The notes: generated by a model from the letters alone, not told the origin. 64,000 nt of DNA from Clostridium sp. (GCA_022767515.1 JALENK010000009.1:15423-79422), one strand, 5' to 3'. Shown: positions 29,354 through 38,512, counted from the first letter of the stretch. Made by a program: numbers and translations.

Positions 29354-30769
29354 ATGGAAATATCAGATAAATTAAGAATATTATCAGCTGCTGCAAAATA
29401 TGATGTATCTTGTTCTTCATCTGGTTCTAAAAGGAAGGTTCCTAAAGATAAATTAGGTTCAACCTGTGCCTCTGGGATTTGTCACTCTTTTACGCCCGAT
29501 GGAAGATGTATTTCACTTTTGAAAATTCTATTATCTAATTGCTGCATCTATGACTGTAGCTATTGTATAAATAGAAAGTCTAACAATGTAGAACGTGCTA
29601 CCTTTACAGCAGATGAGGTTGCTGATTTAACAATAAATTTTTATCGAAGAAATTATATTGAAGGCTTATTTTTAAGTTCTGCAATAATAAAAAATGCAAA
29701 CTACACTATGGAAATACTATATAATACTGTCTACAAACTTAGAAAAATATATAATTTTGGTGGATATATTCACTTAAAGGCTATCCCTGGAAGTGATGAA
29801 ACACTAATTAAAAAAGCTGGACTTTTAGTAGACAGAATGAGTGTAAACTTAGAATTGCCATCATCTAAGTCTCTTAAGCTATTAGCTCCCGATAAAAACA
29901 AAACAGATATTTTAACTCCAATGAAGACTATAAAAAACACAATAACTCAAAATAAATATGAAATAAAAAAATATAAAAATTCAGAACTCTTTGTTCCAGG
30001 TGGACAAAGTACCCAACTCATTGTTGGGGCTACAAAAGAAAGTGATTTAAACATATTAAATCTCTCTGAAAATTTATATAATCGTATGAATTTAAAGAGA
30101 GTTTACTACTCTGCTTATGTACCAGTTAATAAAGGAGAAAATCTACCTAATTTAATATCACCTCCAACCCTTAGGGAACACAGGCTATATCAAGGTGACT
30201 GGCTTCTTAGATTTTATGGTTTTAAGGTTTCAGAGCTTTTAAATGACAATAATCCAAACTTTGATATTAATTTTGACCCTAAAACCACCTATGCTCTTAA
30301 TAACCTAGACATCTTTCCTGTTGAAGTTAATCGTGCAAGCTATGAAATGCTTCTTAGAGTTCCAGGTATAGGTCTTAAAGGAGCAAAAAAAATAGTCATG
30401 GCTAGAAAGACAAGCTCCTTAGACTTTGATGATTTAAAAAAACTAGGTATAACTCTAAAAAGAGCTCAATTTTTCATTACTTGTAGGGGAAAATACTACG
30501 GCTGTGTTCCTTTTGACCACTTAAAGATAAAAAATGCCTTAATGCCCAAAGTAAATCTTAACTATATTGATGAAAATGCCACCCAACTTAGTTTTTTTGA
30601 TATAAACAATAATATTATTGCAAAAAACACAGAAACAAATGATAGCTTTTTAATAGATGAAAGTACCTCTTCTAAGGCTTCATCACTTTTATCAAGTAAT
30701 ATATCTATTGAAAGCAAAAAATCAATACTATTAAATGACAGACTCTCATCAATAACTGGAGAAATTTAA
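29354..30769 (+). CDS. Putative DNA modification/repair radical SAM protein (TIGR03916-type) with HhH motif
   Basis: AAKYDVSCSSSG, GICHSFTPDGRCISLLK, CIYDCSYC, REHRLYQ.DWLLRFYGF, LLRVPGIG. Confidence 0.9.
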   Translation: MEISDKLRILSAAAKYDVSCSSSGSKRKVPKDKLGSTCASGICHSFTPDGRCISLLKILLSNCCIYDCSYCINRKSNNVERATFTADEVADLTINFYRRNYIEGLFLSSAIIKNANYTMEILYNTVYKLRKIYNFGGYIHLKAIPGSDETLIKKAGLLVDRMSVNLELPSSKSLKLLAPDKNKTDILTPMKTIKNTITQNKYEIKKYKNSELFVPGGQSTQLIVGATKESDLNILNLSENLYNRMNLKRVYYSAYVPVNKGENLPNLISPPTLREHRLYQGDWLLRFYGFKVSELLNDNNPNFDINFDPKTTYALNNLDIFPVEVNRASYEMLLRVPGIGLKGAKKIVMARKTSSLDFDDLKKLGITLKRAQFFITCRGKYYGCVPFDHLKIKNALMPKVNLNYIDENATQLSFFDINNNIIAKNTETNDSFLIDESTSSKASSLLSSNISIESKKSILLNDRLSSITGEI

Positions 30770-30786
30770 AAAGGGGAGATTAATTT

Positions 30787-31536
30787 ATGAATTACATTAA
30801 AGAATTTGTTTATGATGGAACTTTTGAAGGACTTTTAACTTGCATTTTTTATGCTTATCCAGAAAAAGAGAAAGTAATTATATCAAATCAAAAAAGCTAT
30901 ATACCTAATATGCTAAATATCTTAACCTTTATAGAAACTGAACAAGATAAATATGAGCGTGTCTATAATAGCATCAAAACCAAGTTAAACTCTAAGGTTC
31001 TCTCTAACATTTACATTTCATACTTAAGCGAAATTGAAGGTTGTGAAAACACTATTTTACAATATCTTAAACTATGTTATAAATATAATACTTCTATTAA
31101 TCTAGCTAAAAATAATGATACTATAATGCTTATGGATAGATATATAAGAAAAGTAAACATTGAAGCTGAAAGATTTAAACAATTTGTCAGATTTCACAAA
31201 ATTGCACCGCTTAGTTTTTATGCAAAAATAGAGCCAGACCACAATGTCATTCCTTTAATTATAGACCACTTTGCAGAAAGATTTTCTGATCAGAATTTCA
31301 TAATTCATGATATAAAAAGGGAAATAGCAATAATCTATAACAAAACTAATTCAATAATTATACCTTTAGAAAAAAGTAAGGCTACAGAAATAATGACAAT
31401 TAACAACGATAATACCTTTGAAAATCTATTTAAAGTATTTTATAATTCCATAACTATTGATGAAAGATTAAATTTAAGATGTCGTAATAATTTCATGCCT
31501 AAAAGATATCATAAAAACTTAACTGAACTAGGTTAA
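30787..31536 (+). CDS. TIGR03915/DUF4130-type putative DNA repair protein
   Basis: YDGTFEGLLT, FVRF, IEPDHNV, HFAERF.DQ.F.IHD, ERLN...FMPKRY. Usual partner of the upstream radical SAM. Confidence 0.88.
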   Translation: MNYIKEFVYDGTFEGLLTCIFYAYPEKEKVIISNQKSYIPNMLNILTFIETEQDKYERVYNSIKTKLNSKVLSNIYISYLSEIEGCENTILQYLKLCYKYNTSINLAKNNDTIMLMDRYIRKVNIEAERFKQFVRFHKIAPLSFYAKIEPDHNVIPLIIDHFAERFSDQNFIIHDIKREIAIIYNKTNSIIIPLEKSKATEIMTINNDNTFENLFKVFYNSITIDERLNLRCRNNFMPKRYHKNLTELG

Positions 31537-31561
31537 AAAAAGGGGATTACTCCCCTTTTTT
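31535..31561. terminator. Bidirectional terminator
   Basis: A-run/GGGGA-TTAC-TCCCC/T-run between convergent operons. Confidence 0.75.
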
Positions 31562-32279
31562 AATTATTAACTCCATCTTTAACAAACTTCCACTCTATGG
31601 TATCACCATTCTTTGGATAAACCCCTGATATTCCAACAGGAGATTTAACTCCATTTACATAAAATATCCATCCACTTAAAGGACCTGCGTCCCTTTCTCT
31701 TAAGTTATACATCATAGATATATATCCATTTACTATTCTCGATGAAACACCCTTATCTTTTAAAGTGTTTTTCATTATATCTTCTAAACTGTTTGTGCCA
31801 TTTAAATCTACCTTACAGCTAAGAAGATTATTACTATTAACTTCATCTATAATTATCAAACTAATTTGTTCTTTTTTAGTTTCTTGTTTTTGAGTCTCAT
31901 CCTTTTTGTCTGTATCTTTATTTGAGATTGTAGTATCTTTCTTATTATCCTTACTTGAAGTTACAGTATTCTTATTATTGTCAGTTAATTCTTCCCTATT
32001 AGACTCTGTTTTATTTTCTTTAGTATCTACATTTTTTTCAGATTCCTTTTGTTCCTTATCTTCTTGTTCCTTATCTTCAGTTTTTATAGTCTCTGTCTTA
32101 TTCTCTTCTTTAGGTACTGTTATTTCACTTTTACTCTCTTCTGTGACATTTACTTCACTACTACTGTTAGTAGTATTACCACTTTGAGTATTATTATTAA
32201 ACTTAAAAGCTAAAGTAATTACTATACCAGCAAATATTAGTATTGTAATACTTGCAATAATCTTTTTCTTAAACTTCAC
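31560..32279 (-). CDS. Membrane-anchored DUF4430 (transcobalamin beta-domain-like) protein
   Basis: N-terminal TM, K/E/T/N-rich linker, C-terminal GYISMMYNLRERDAGPLSGWIFYVNG...GDTIEW. Confidence 0.8.
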   Translation of the reverse strand: MKFKKKIIASITILIFAGIVITLAFKFNNNTQSGNTTNSSSEVNVTEESKSEITVPKEENKTETIKTEDKEQEDKEQKESEKNVDTKENKTESNREELTDNNKNTVTSSKDNKKDTTISNKDTDKKDETQKQETKKEQISLIIIDEVNSNNLLSCKVDLNGTNSLEDIMKNTLKDKGVSSRIVNGYISMMYNLRERDAGPLSGWIFYVNGVKSPVGISGVYPKNGDTIEWKFVKDGVNN

Positions 32280-34083
32280 TATATTTTCTCCTATAAACTA
32301 CAATATAAGCTAAAGATAATAACATCATTATTAAAAATACATAAGTCAAATTATTATCAGCTGTTTGAATATCCTCTGATGTTTCATCCGCTTCCTCTTT
32401 ATTATTATTAATTTCATCTTTATTATCTTGTTTTATATCCTCTTTATTATCTTCTTTTATATCTTCTTTGTCCTCTTCATAAATCTTAAGCTTATCTAAA
32501 TCTATGTCAGATGAATAATAATTATATGCACTTTGATTAAAGTTATTAAGTGCAATTAAAGCTCTTAGTGCATTTTCTGTAGCATATGCATTATTAGGCA
32601 TTGAATCATTATGATTAAATGCTCCTTGACTTCCCTTATATGATAAAAATGCTTGAGTTAAGTTACCACTTTCCTTCGTAAAGCTTTCTCCTGATGGGTC
32701 TATTCCTATTGAAACTAATGCTAAAATTACAAATGCATCTGTTTCTGCTGATGTTCCATAAGTACTAGCAATATGACCATCTTCAATTTGCCTTGCCTTT
32801 AGTATTTGAACAGCCTCATTTACTTTACTTACTACCTCAAGATTGTCTACACCATCAATTGCCTTTCCATTGTAATATGGTGAAAGTGCACTTATAGCTG
32901 CAGCTGTCATATCTATATCTGTCTTATCTTGAAGTCCACTAGTCCAATTCCATCCTTCATCATATCTATTTAATAATTCATTAACTAAATCTTTTTCTGT
33001 TATTTTATATTCGTCTTTAATGTTTAATGCATTCATAGTTATAATAGCAAACATTATTTCGTTTGTTAAAAATTTATTTAAATCTCTACTAAATAATTCT
33101 TTAACAAAATCCTTTTTCATAAAGTTTTTAGGATTGTATCCAAGAGATGCAATACCAATAGTTGAACTTTCAAGCTCTCCTGCTGATAAAACAGACAAAT
33201 CCTCTGCAGCATTTTTTATATTTTCTAAAAAGTCCACCTTTGATGATTTTCCTAACTTATATAAAGAGAATGCTCCCCATGGTGAATTGTTGTTGTTAAC
33301 CAAATAGCTTGTAGTTTCTGCTAAAGCTTGTTTAATATCTTCTTTAACAAGCTTGTTATCTTGAACCTTATTATAATCACTATCGTTAAACAATAATACA
33401 GGTTTATTAATTGAATCTAATTTAAATGTTCCCTTTGTTAATACAATAAAAGGCACATCATCTTCAGCATAGCTACTAAATTCATAAGTATGAATACCAT
33501 TTTGAAGGTTTAATTTTATTATTCCCTCTTCATTTGATAAATATTCTTTATTGTCTATTACACACTTAACATTTGAAAGATTTTTATATGCCATTTGATT
33601 AGTCACCCAATCAAAATAAGTATATTGAAGCTTTAATTCAAATTCTTCATTCTCCTTTGGAACTTCTGGATTGAAAATAACATTATTTACTAATGAAGTC
33701 TTATCAAAATCTCCATAGTAAAATACGACTTCATCACCTACCTGTATATCAGTTCTGTCAGATGTTATGCTAGAGCCATTTTGTATGAAATACATCCATC
33801 CGTCATAGCCACCAAACTTTCCACTTTTTAATCCATCAATCTCAGTTAAATATGGTCCATAATAGCCATCTTCAATAACATATTCAATTTCCTTCTCTTT
33901 AAGCAAAGCTTCAAGAACTTCATAAACTGTAGTTCCTTCTGCTTCCCCCTCTACAATTGTTTTATCAAAACCTTCTACTCTAATAAAAGTTTTGCTGTTT
34001 GCAAATGCTATTGACTTTGGCACTAAAGCTATAGTCATAATAAAAACCAATAGCATAGCTAAAAATTTGTTCTTCTTATTCAT
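32269..34083 (-). CDS. Secreted, probably wall-anchored DUF4430 plus alpha/alpha-barrel (prenyltransferase-like repeat) protein
   Basis: Signal peptide (SIAFA), YGPYLTEIDG...GYDGWMYF...GDEVVFYY, helical repeats DIDMTAAAISALSPY, AETDAFVILALVSIGIDP, YATENALRAL. C-terminal IQTAD plus TM plus RRK tail. Confidence 0.8.
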   Translation of the reverse strand: MNKKNKFLAMLLVFIMTIALVPKSIAFANSKTFIRVEGFDKTIVEGEAEGTTVYEVLEALLKEKEIEYVIEDGYYGPYLTEIDGLKSGKFGGYDGWMYFIQNGSSITSDRTDIQVGDEVVFYYGDFDKTSLVNNVIFNPEVPKENEEFELKLQYTYFDWVTNQMAYKNLSNVKCVIDNKEYLSNEEGIIKLNLQNGIHTYEFSSYAEDDVPFIVLTKGTFKLDSINKPVLLFNDSDYNKVQDNKLVKEDIKQALAETTSYLVNNNNSPWGAFSLYKLGKSSKVDFLENIKNAAEDLSVLSAGELESSTIGIASLGYNPKNFMKKDFVKELFSRDLNKFLTNEIMFAIITMNALNIKDEYKITEKDLVNELLNRYDEGWNWTSGLQDKTDIDMTAAAISALSPYYNGKAIDGVDNLEVVSKVNEAVQILKARQIEDGHIASTYGTSAETDAFVILALVSIGIDPSGESFTKESGNLTQAFLSYKGSQGAFNHNDSMPNNAYATENALRALIALNNFNQSAYNYYSSDIDLDKLKIYEEDKEDIKEDNKEDIKQDNKDEINNNKEEADETSEDIQTADNNLTYVFLIMMLLSLAYIVVYRRKYSEV

Positions 34084-34795
34084 TTTTACATCTCCCTTTT
34101 TTTAATTTTACATAATGCGTCCTTGTTTTAAAACGCATTAATAATCTATAAAAATTGTTATAAAATAATATAACAAAAATTATATTCCCAACTCCATGCA
34201 TTAAATCAAAATATATACTTGCAGTATATGTAAGCATTATATTGTTAAAGGTTATGTCCTTAATAACAGCTATTACATGCCATAAATTCATTATCCATCC
34301 AAATAATATTCCAAATAAAAACAATATTATTGAAAAGCTTAATTTAGATGGTTTTTTATTTTTTAAACCTAAAAATCCAGATAAAACTCCAATTATCCCC
34401 CAAGCCATCATTTGATATAATGTCCATGGTCCTTGCCCTAAAAATATATTGGATACAAATGCTGTAGTAGCTCCAATAATAAATCCATTAAATGGTCCAA
34501 AAACAAGACCAGACATAGCTATTAAAAAAGTAACAGGCTGAACATTAGGTATGACTGCAAATGGTACTCTACTAATAGCTGCAAATGAACTCATCGTAGC
34601 TATAAAGGTAACATCTAACAATCCTCTATTAGATTTTTCAAAATATATATAACTAATTAGAAACACATATACTAAATAAAGTAATATAACTCCTGAAAAA
34701 TAAGGCTTATCACTTAAATTGCCACAATAAATAATTAACAATAAGCTAGGAATAAATAAGAAAATCAAATAAATTATCTCCTTTACTTTAACCAC
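34076..34795 (-). CDS. ECF S component, CbrT-like (cobalamin)
   Basis: SRVPFAVIPNVQPVT, GQGPWTLYQMMAWG, FDLMHGVGN. Lies in a B12-riboswitch operon. Confidence 0.8.
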   Translation of the reverse strand: MVKVKEIIYLIFLFIPSLLLIIYCGNLSDKPYFSGVILLYLVYVFLISYIYFEKSNRGLLDVTFIATMSSFAAISRVPFAVIPNVQPVTFLIAMSGLVFGPFNGFIIGATTAFVSNIFLGQGPWTLYQMMAWGIIGVLSGFLGLKNKKPSKLSFSIILFLFGILFGWIMNLWHVIAVIKDITFNNIMLTYTASIYFDLMHGVGNIIFVILFYNNFYRLLMRFKTRTHYVKLKKGRCKNE

Positions 34796-36387
34796 CCTAT
34801 TAATTCCTCCTTCTTAACAATCTCCTTATGCCCACTAAGCTTATGCGCTGTTGATGTATAATAAATTCCTTCCCTCAACACTTCTCTCATACTGCCACTT
34901 GAAATCACTTCTCCATTAAGCATAAGAATAGTCTCATCACAATACTCTGAAACAAAGTTCATATCATGAGTTACTATTATAACCGTCTTGTTAGAATCCT
35001 TTACTAAATCCAATAACATCTTACCTAGCTTATCTTTACTTTTATAATCTAGACCTCTTGTAGGTTCATCTAATAACAAAATGTCAGGCTCTGTAATAAG
35101 AATAGTTGCAAGTGCAAGCCTTTCTTTCTCTCCACCACTTAAATCTCTAGGATTCTTATCCTTATACTTCTGCAATTCTAATTTATTTAATATAGAATTT
35201 ATTCTGTCATCATCTGATATGTTATAATTATCACAGGTAAACTTTATTTCCTCATATACTGTTTCCTTAGATATGTAATCATTGGGATTTTGAGATAAAT
35301 ATCCTATTTTTTTTACTATGTCATAAGTTTTTTTCTTAGATATGTTATTACCTTCTAAAAATACCTTTCCATCATACTTAATCAGATTCATAATTGCTCT
35401 TAATAATGAACTCTTACCTGCTCCATTCTCTCCGATAATTGAATAAATCCTTCCTTTTTTAAAACTCAAATTAATATCCTTAAGGACTTGATTTTTATCA
35501 TAATATGCATTAAGCTTACTAAGATTCAAAACCTCTTCTCCATCTTCTAACTCACTACTTATATTCAATCTCTTTTTTAAAGCATTATCCACAAAACCTC
35601 TTACCGCTTTAAACGAAATATTACTGTGATTAAAATCAATATCTTTAGCTATCCTTAAATAGTATGGTAAAAAATTAAATTCTCCATCCTTATAAAACTC
35701 TTCTTTATTTTTTACATATGAAACTCTACCTTCATCTAAAAATACTATTTTATCTGCAATATCAAACCATCCATCAATATTTTGCTCAACTACAATAATA
35801 GTCTTATATAACTCTTGATTCATCTTCCTTATTAAGCTTATTACATCTTCTGAAGATTTAGGGTCAAGCTGTGAAGTTGGCTCATCTAAAATAATAGTTT
35901 CAGCTCCTTGTGCTAAGCAAGATGCTAATACAACCTTCTGCTTTTCACCTCCTGATAACTCCTCTACCTTTCTGTATGCAAGGCTCTGCAGTCCTAGAAA
36001 ATTAAGTGCTTCAAATACCTTACGCTTAATTTTATCAGAAGGAATATTTAAATTTTCAAGCGAAAAAGCAATCTCTCTATGAACCTCATCCATAATAAGC
36101 TGAAGCTCTGGATATTGAAACACACAAGCAATTTTCTCTGCACTTTCTCTTGCTGAAAAGCCTTCTAAATCTCTATCATTAAATAATATATTTCCACTCA
36201 TCTCACCACCATAAAAATCTGGGATAACCTTGCTAATTGCTCTTAAAAGTGAAGACTTTCCACTACCAACACTTCCTACTATTAAAACTATTTCACCCTT
36301 ATTTATTTCCAAATTGACATCATTTAATACATATTTTTTCTCATTATTGTATTTAAATTTTAAATTGTTAATTTTTATGTAACTCAC
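34783..36387 (-). CDS. ECF transporter duplicated ATPase (EcfA-A')
   Basis: Two Walker A motifs (GSVGSGKS, GENGAGKS), two LSGGEK signatures, DEPTSQLDP and DEPTRGLD. Confidence 0.92.
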   Translation of the reverse strand: MSYIKINNLKFKYNNEKKYVLNDVNLEINKGEIVLIVGSVGSGKSSLLRAISKVIPDFYGGEMSGNILFNDRDLEGFSARESAEKIACVFQYPELQLIMDEVHREIAFSLENLNIPSDKIKRKVFEALNFLGLQSLAYRKVEELSGGEKQKVVLASCLAQGAETIILDEPTSQLDPKSSEDVISLIRKMNQELYKTIIVVEQNIDGWFDIADKIVFLDEGRVSYVKNKEEFYKDGEFNFLPYYLRIAKDIDFNHSNISFKAVRGFVDNALKKRLNISSELEDGEEVLNLSKLNAYYDKNQVLKDINLSFKKGRIYSIIGENGAGKSSLLRAIMNLIKYDGKVFLEGNNISKKKTYDIVKKIGYLSQNPNDYISKETVYEEIKFTCDNYNISDDDRINSILNKLELQKYKDKNPRDLSGGEKERLALATILITEPDILLLDEPTRGLDYKSKDKLGKMLLDLVKDSNKTVIIVTHDMNFVSEYCDETILMLNGEVISSGSMREVLREGIYYTSTAHKLSGHKEIVKKEELIGWLK

Positions 36388-36401
36388 AATATACCACCTT
36401 G

Positions 36402-37223
36402 TTAAATAATAAATATGATTGTAATTAAAATTAATATAGCCTGAGTAGCTGAATATATATTAAAGAATTCCATTAAATTAATACATTCATATATACTGTA
36501 ATTATTTTTTCCAAAGTAAATTAATCCAAAAAATACAGTAAGAACAAAAATGCAATATAAAATAAAGATATAGTCCTTTGCCCTTAATTTCTGCACATCA
36601 TACATACTTCGTTTTCCACTATTAAACCCTCTCACATACGCACTTTCTGCAATATCAAAAGACTTCTCCAAAGAGTCTTCTAGTAAAACAGATAATACTG
36701 GAAGATATGCCTTTATCTTCTCCTTTTTAGACTCTCCTTCAAAATTAACACCTCTAACCATATATACTTCTTTTATTGACTTCAATCTTTTTTTCATATT
36801 AGGGATAAGCTTTAAAGATAGCAAAAAAACAAGTGCAACCTTTGGTGTTTTCTTGCTTAAAAAAGATAATGCCTTATCTGTATTTAACATAAATGATAAT
36901 ATATAAAAAATATAGATAATGCATAATAGTTTTAAACTCATAATAAATGAATATAATAAAACCTCTAGCTTTATTGATTTGCCAAAGACATAAAATATTT
37001 CTCTTGTACCTGCATCTACAATAATAACATTTATAACTGTAGTTATAACACTCATAACAAGAACCATTAATAGTCCATTTTTTAACTTCTTAGTCTCCTT
37101 ATTATCTATAAGAAGTACAATACACCATATAAGAACACTTGTTATAATAAGTGGATTTTCAGTTGTAAATGTAACTATCATCATTGCAAGATTCAATATT
37201 AATATTGTTAATATATGATACAT
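36402..37223 (-). CDS. ECF transporter T component
   Basis: Multiple TMs with two XRG coupling motifs (MVRG, YVRG). Confidence 0.88.
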   Translation of the reverse strand: MYHILTILILNLAMMIVTFTTENPLIITSVLIWCIVLLIDNKETKKLKNGLLMVLVMSVITTVINVIIVDAGTREIFYVFGKSIKLEVLLYSFIMSLKLLCIIYIFYILSFMLNTDKALSFLSKKTPKVALVFLLSLKLIPNMKKRLKSIKEVYMVRGVNFEGESKKEKIKAYLPVLSVLLEDSLEKSFDIAESAYVRGFNSGKRSMYDVQKLRAKDYIFILYCIFVLTVFFGLIYFGKNNYSIYECINLMEFFNIYSATQAILILITIIFII

Positions 37224-37243
37224 GTTTTTCTCCTACTTTGCAT

Positions 37244-37282
37244 AAAAAATTGAGCCCTTAAATAAATTAAGGGCTCAAAAAA
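37244..37282 (-). terminator. Riboswitch expression-platform terminator
   Basis: 12-bp stem TTGAGCCCTTAA-N5-TTAAGGGCTCAA plus T6, about 20 nt upstream of the ecfT ATG. Confidence 0.85.
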
Positions 37283-37309
37283 TAAACACTAAGTACTTAG
37301 CGAATCAAT

Positions 37310-37444
37310 TTTCCAACCCCTTCTCCCTCCGAAAAGCGTATTGAATATTCAGAAATATTATAAGGTAATCTGACTTTATTAATAAATAATACATACAGTA
37401 GCGGGGGCTGCGTGGTTTTTACCACATTCCCCTTATAATATTCC
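37310..37444 (-). ncRNA. Cobalamin riboswitch (compact form)
   Basis: Minus strand reads AATATTATAAGG-GGAA-TGTGG TAAAAA CCACG-CAGCCCCCGCTACTGTA...AGTCAG ATT ACCTTATAATATT...CTTTTC GGAGG GAGAAG. This includes GGGAA, the P4 T-loop, the GCCCCCGC.ACTGT core, the B12-box AGYCAG, and an L13 complementary to L5. Confidence 0.9.
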
Positions 37445-37469
37445 ATTTATTTAATTTTAATTAAAATAA

Positions 37470-37859
37470 TTAATTTTCTTGTTGATCCTCCTTTTTAGGC
37501 TTCAAATATATATTCTGAACACAAACATTTACAGATACAACATCTAATCCTGTCATAGTTTCTACTGATTTCTTGACATTTTCTTGTACTTTCTTAACAA
37601 CATCAATTATCTTTACTCCATATAATACAGACAATGAAATATCTATAACAGCCTTATTATCTTGTAATTCTACTTTAACTGCTTTTCCTGCTGACGGATG
37701 CTTCTTTCCCTTTAATAAATGTGTTATATTATTTGTAACACCCTTTTGAAACTCTATAACCCCTGGAATTTCTTCAGCTGCTATACCTGCAATAACACTA
37801 ACAACTTCATTAGATATTTTAACTATACCTACTTTTTCATTACTATCTAATTGTTCCAT
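37470..37859 (-). CDS. Asp23/Gls24 family protein
   Basis: GIVKISNEVVSVIAGIAA, VQENVKKSVETMTGL.V..VNV.V. Confidence 0.92.
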   Translation of the reverse strand: MEQLDSNEKVGIVKISNEVVSVIAGIAAEEIPGVIEFQKGVTNNITHLLKGKKHPSAGKAVKVELQDNKAVIDISLSVLYGVKIIDVVKKVQENVKKSVETMTGLDVVSVNVCVQNIYLKPKKEDQQEN

Positions 37860-37907
37860 TTTTTTACCTCCTTAGCTTTCACTATCAAAAACCCTATTAA
37901 TAGACTT

Positions 37908-37936
37908 ATTATATCAAATCCCCTTATATATTACAA
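37908..37936 (-). promoter_or_regulatory. Sigma-A promoter of asp23
   Basis: TTGTAA-17 nt-TATAAT with extended TG. Confidence 0.65.
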
Positions 37937-37940
37937 ACTA

Positions 37941-38471
37941 TTATTTCTTAAGCTCTATAATTACTTCCTTTATGTTCGCTGAATTTTGGACTATTTCTTG
38001 AATTATAGCCCCTTGCTTCTCATCTAAATTATCAGCACTAATAATTAAATTAGCCTTAGTCTGATCATCAGATATTTGACACAATACATCCTCATATCCT
38101 TTGTTTTTTACATTCTGCTCTACTGTCTTTTGTTTATCTTGTCTTAGTATTATTTTTTGAAGCTCCTTGCTAGCTTCCTGTTTTCTTTCATCTGTAATAC
38201 TATTATTATTTATAAGCTTATTTAATTCTTCGATAACTGTTGCATCATTTTGCTCCCTTTCACTCCTTGCTTCATAGAAAAAATCCTGTGTACTCAAAGT
38301 CTGTTTATCCTTTTCCTCTTCTGTTTCTGTCTCTTTATAATTCTCAGCTAAGACATTATTTAAATCACTAGGCGTATTTAATCCTTCTTCATTTAATTTA
38401 GCTGCTAGTAATGCCGTACAAACAATAAGAGCTAGTAAAGTACATATAATTCCAATTTGTCTTTTAGTCAT
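37941..38471 (-). CDS. spoIIIAH: Stage III sporulation protein AH
   Basis: N-terminal TM, FFYEARSEREQ, KGYEDV. Last gene of the spoIIIA operon. Confidence 0.88.
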   Translation of the reverse strand: MTKRQIGIICTLLALIVCTALLAAKLNEEGLNTPSDLNNVLAENYKETETEEEKDKQTLSTQDFFYEARSEREQNDATVIEELNKLINNNSITDERKQEASKELQKIILRQDKQKTVEQNVKNKGYEDVLCQISDDQTKANLIISADNLDEKQGAIIQEIVQNSANIKEVIIELKK

Positions 38472-38512
38472 ATTATTCCCCTCTCCTTTAATTTCTATTC
38501 AATTATATGCAA

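Noticed and set aside
32400-32480. Imperfect 24-bp repeats as a possible CRISPR or VNTR
   Set aside because: In-frame KEDIKEDN stalk repeats within a CDS, with no spacers and no cas genes.
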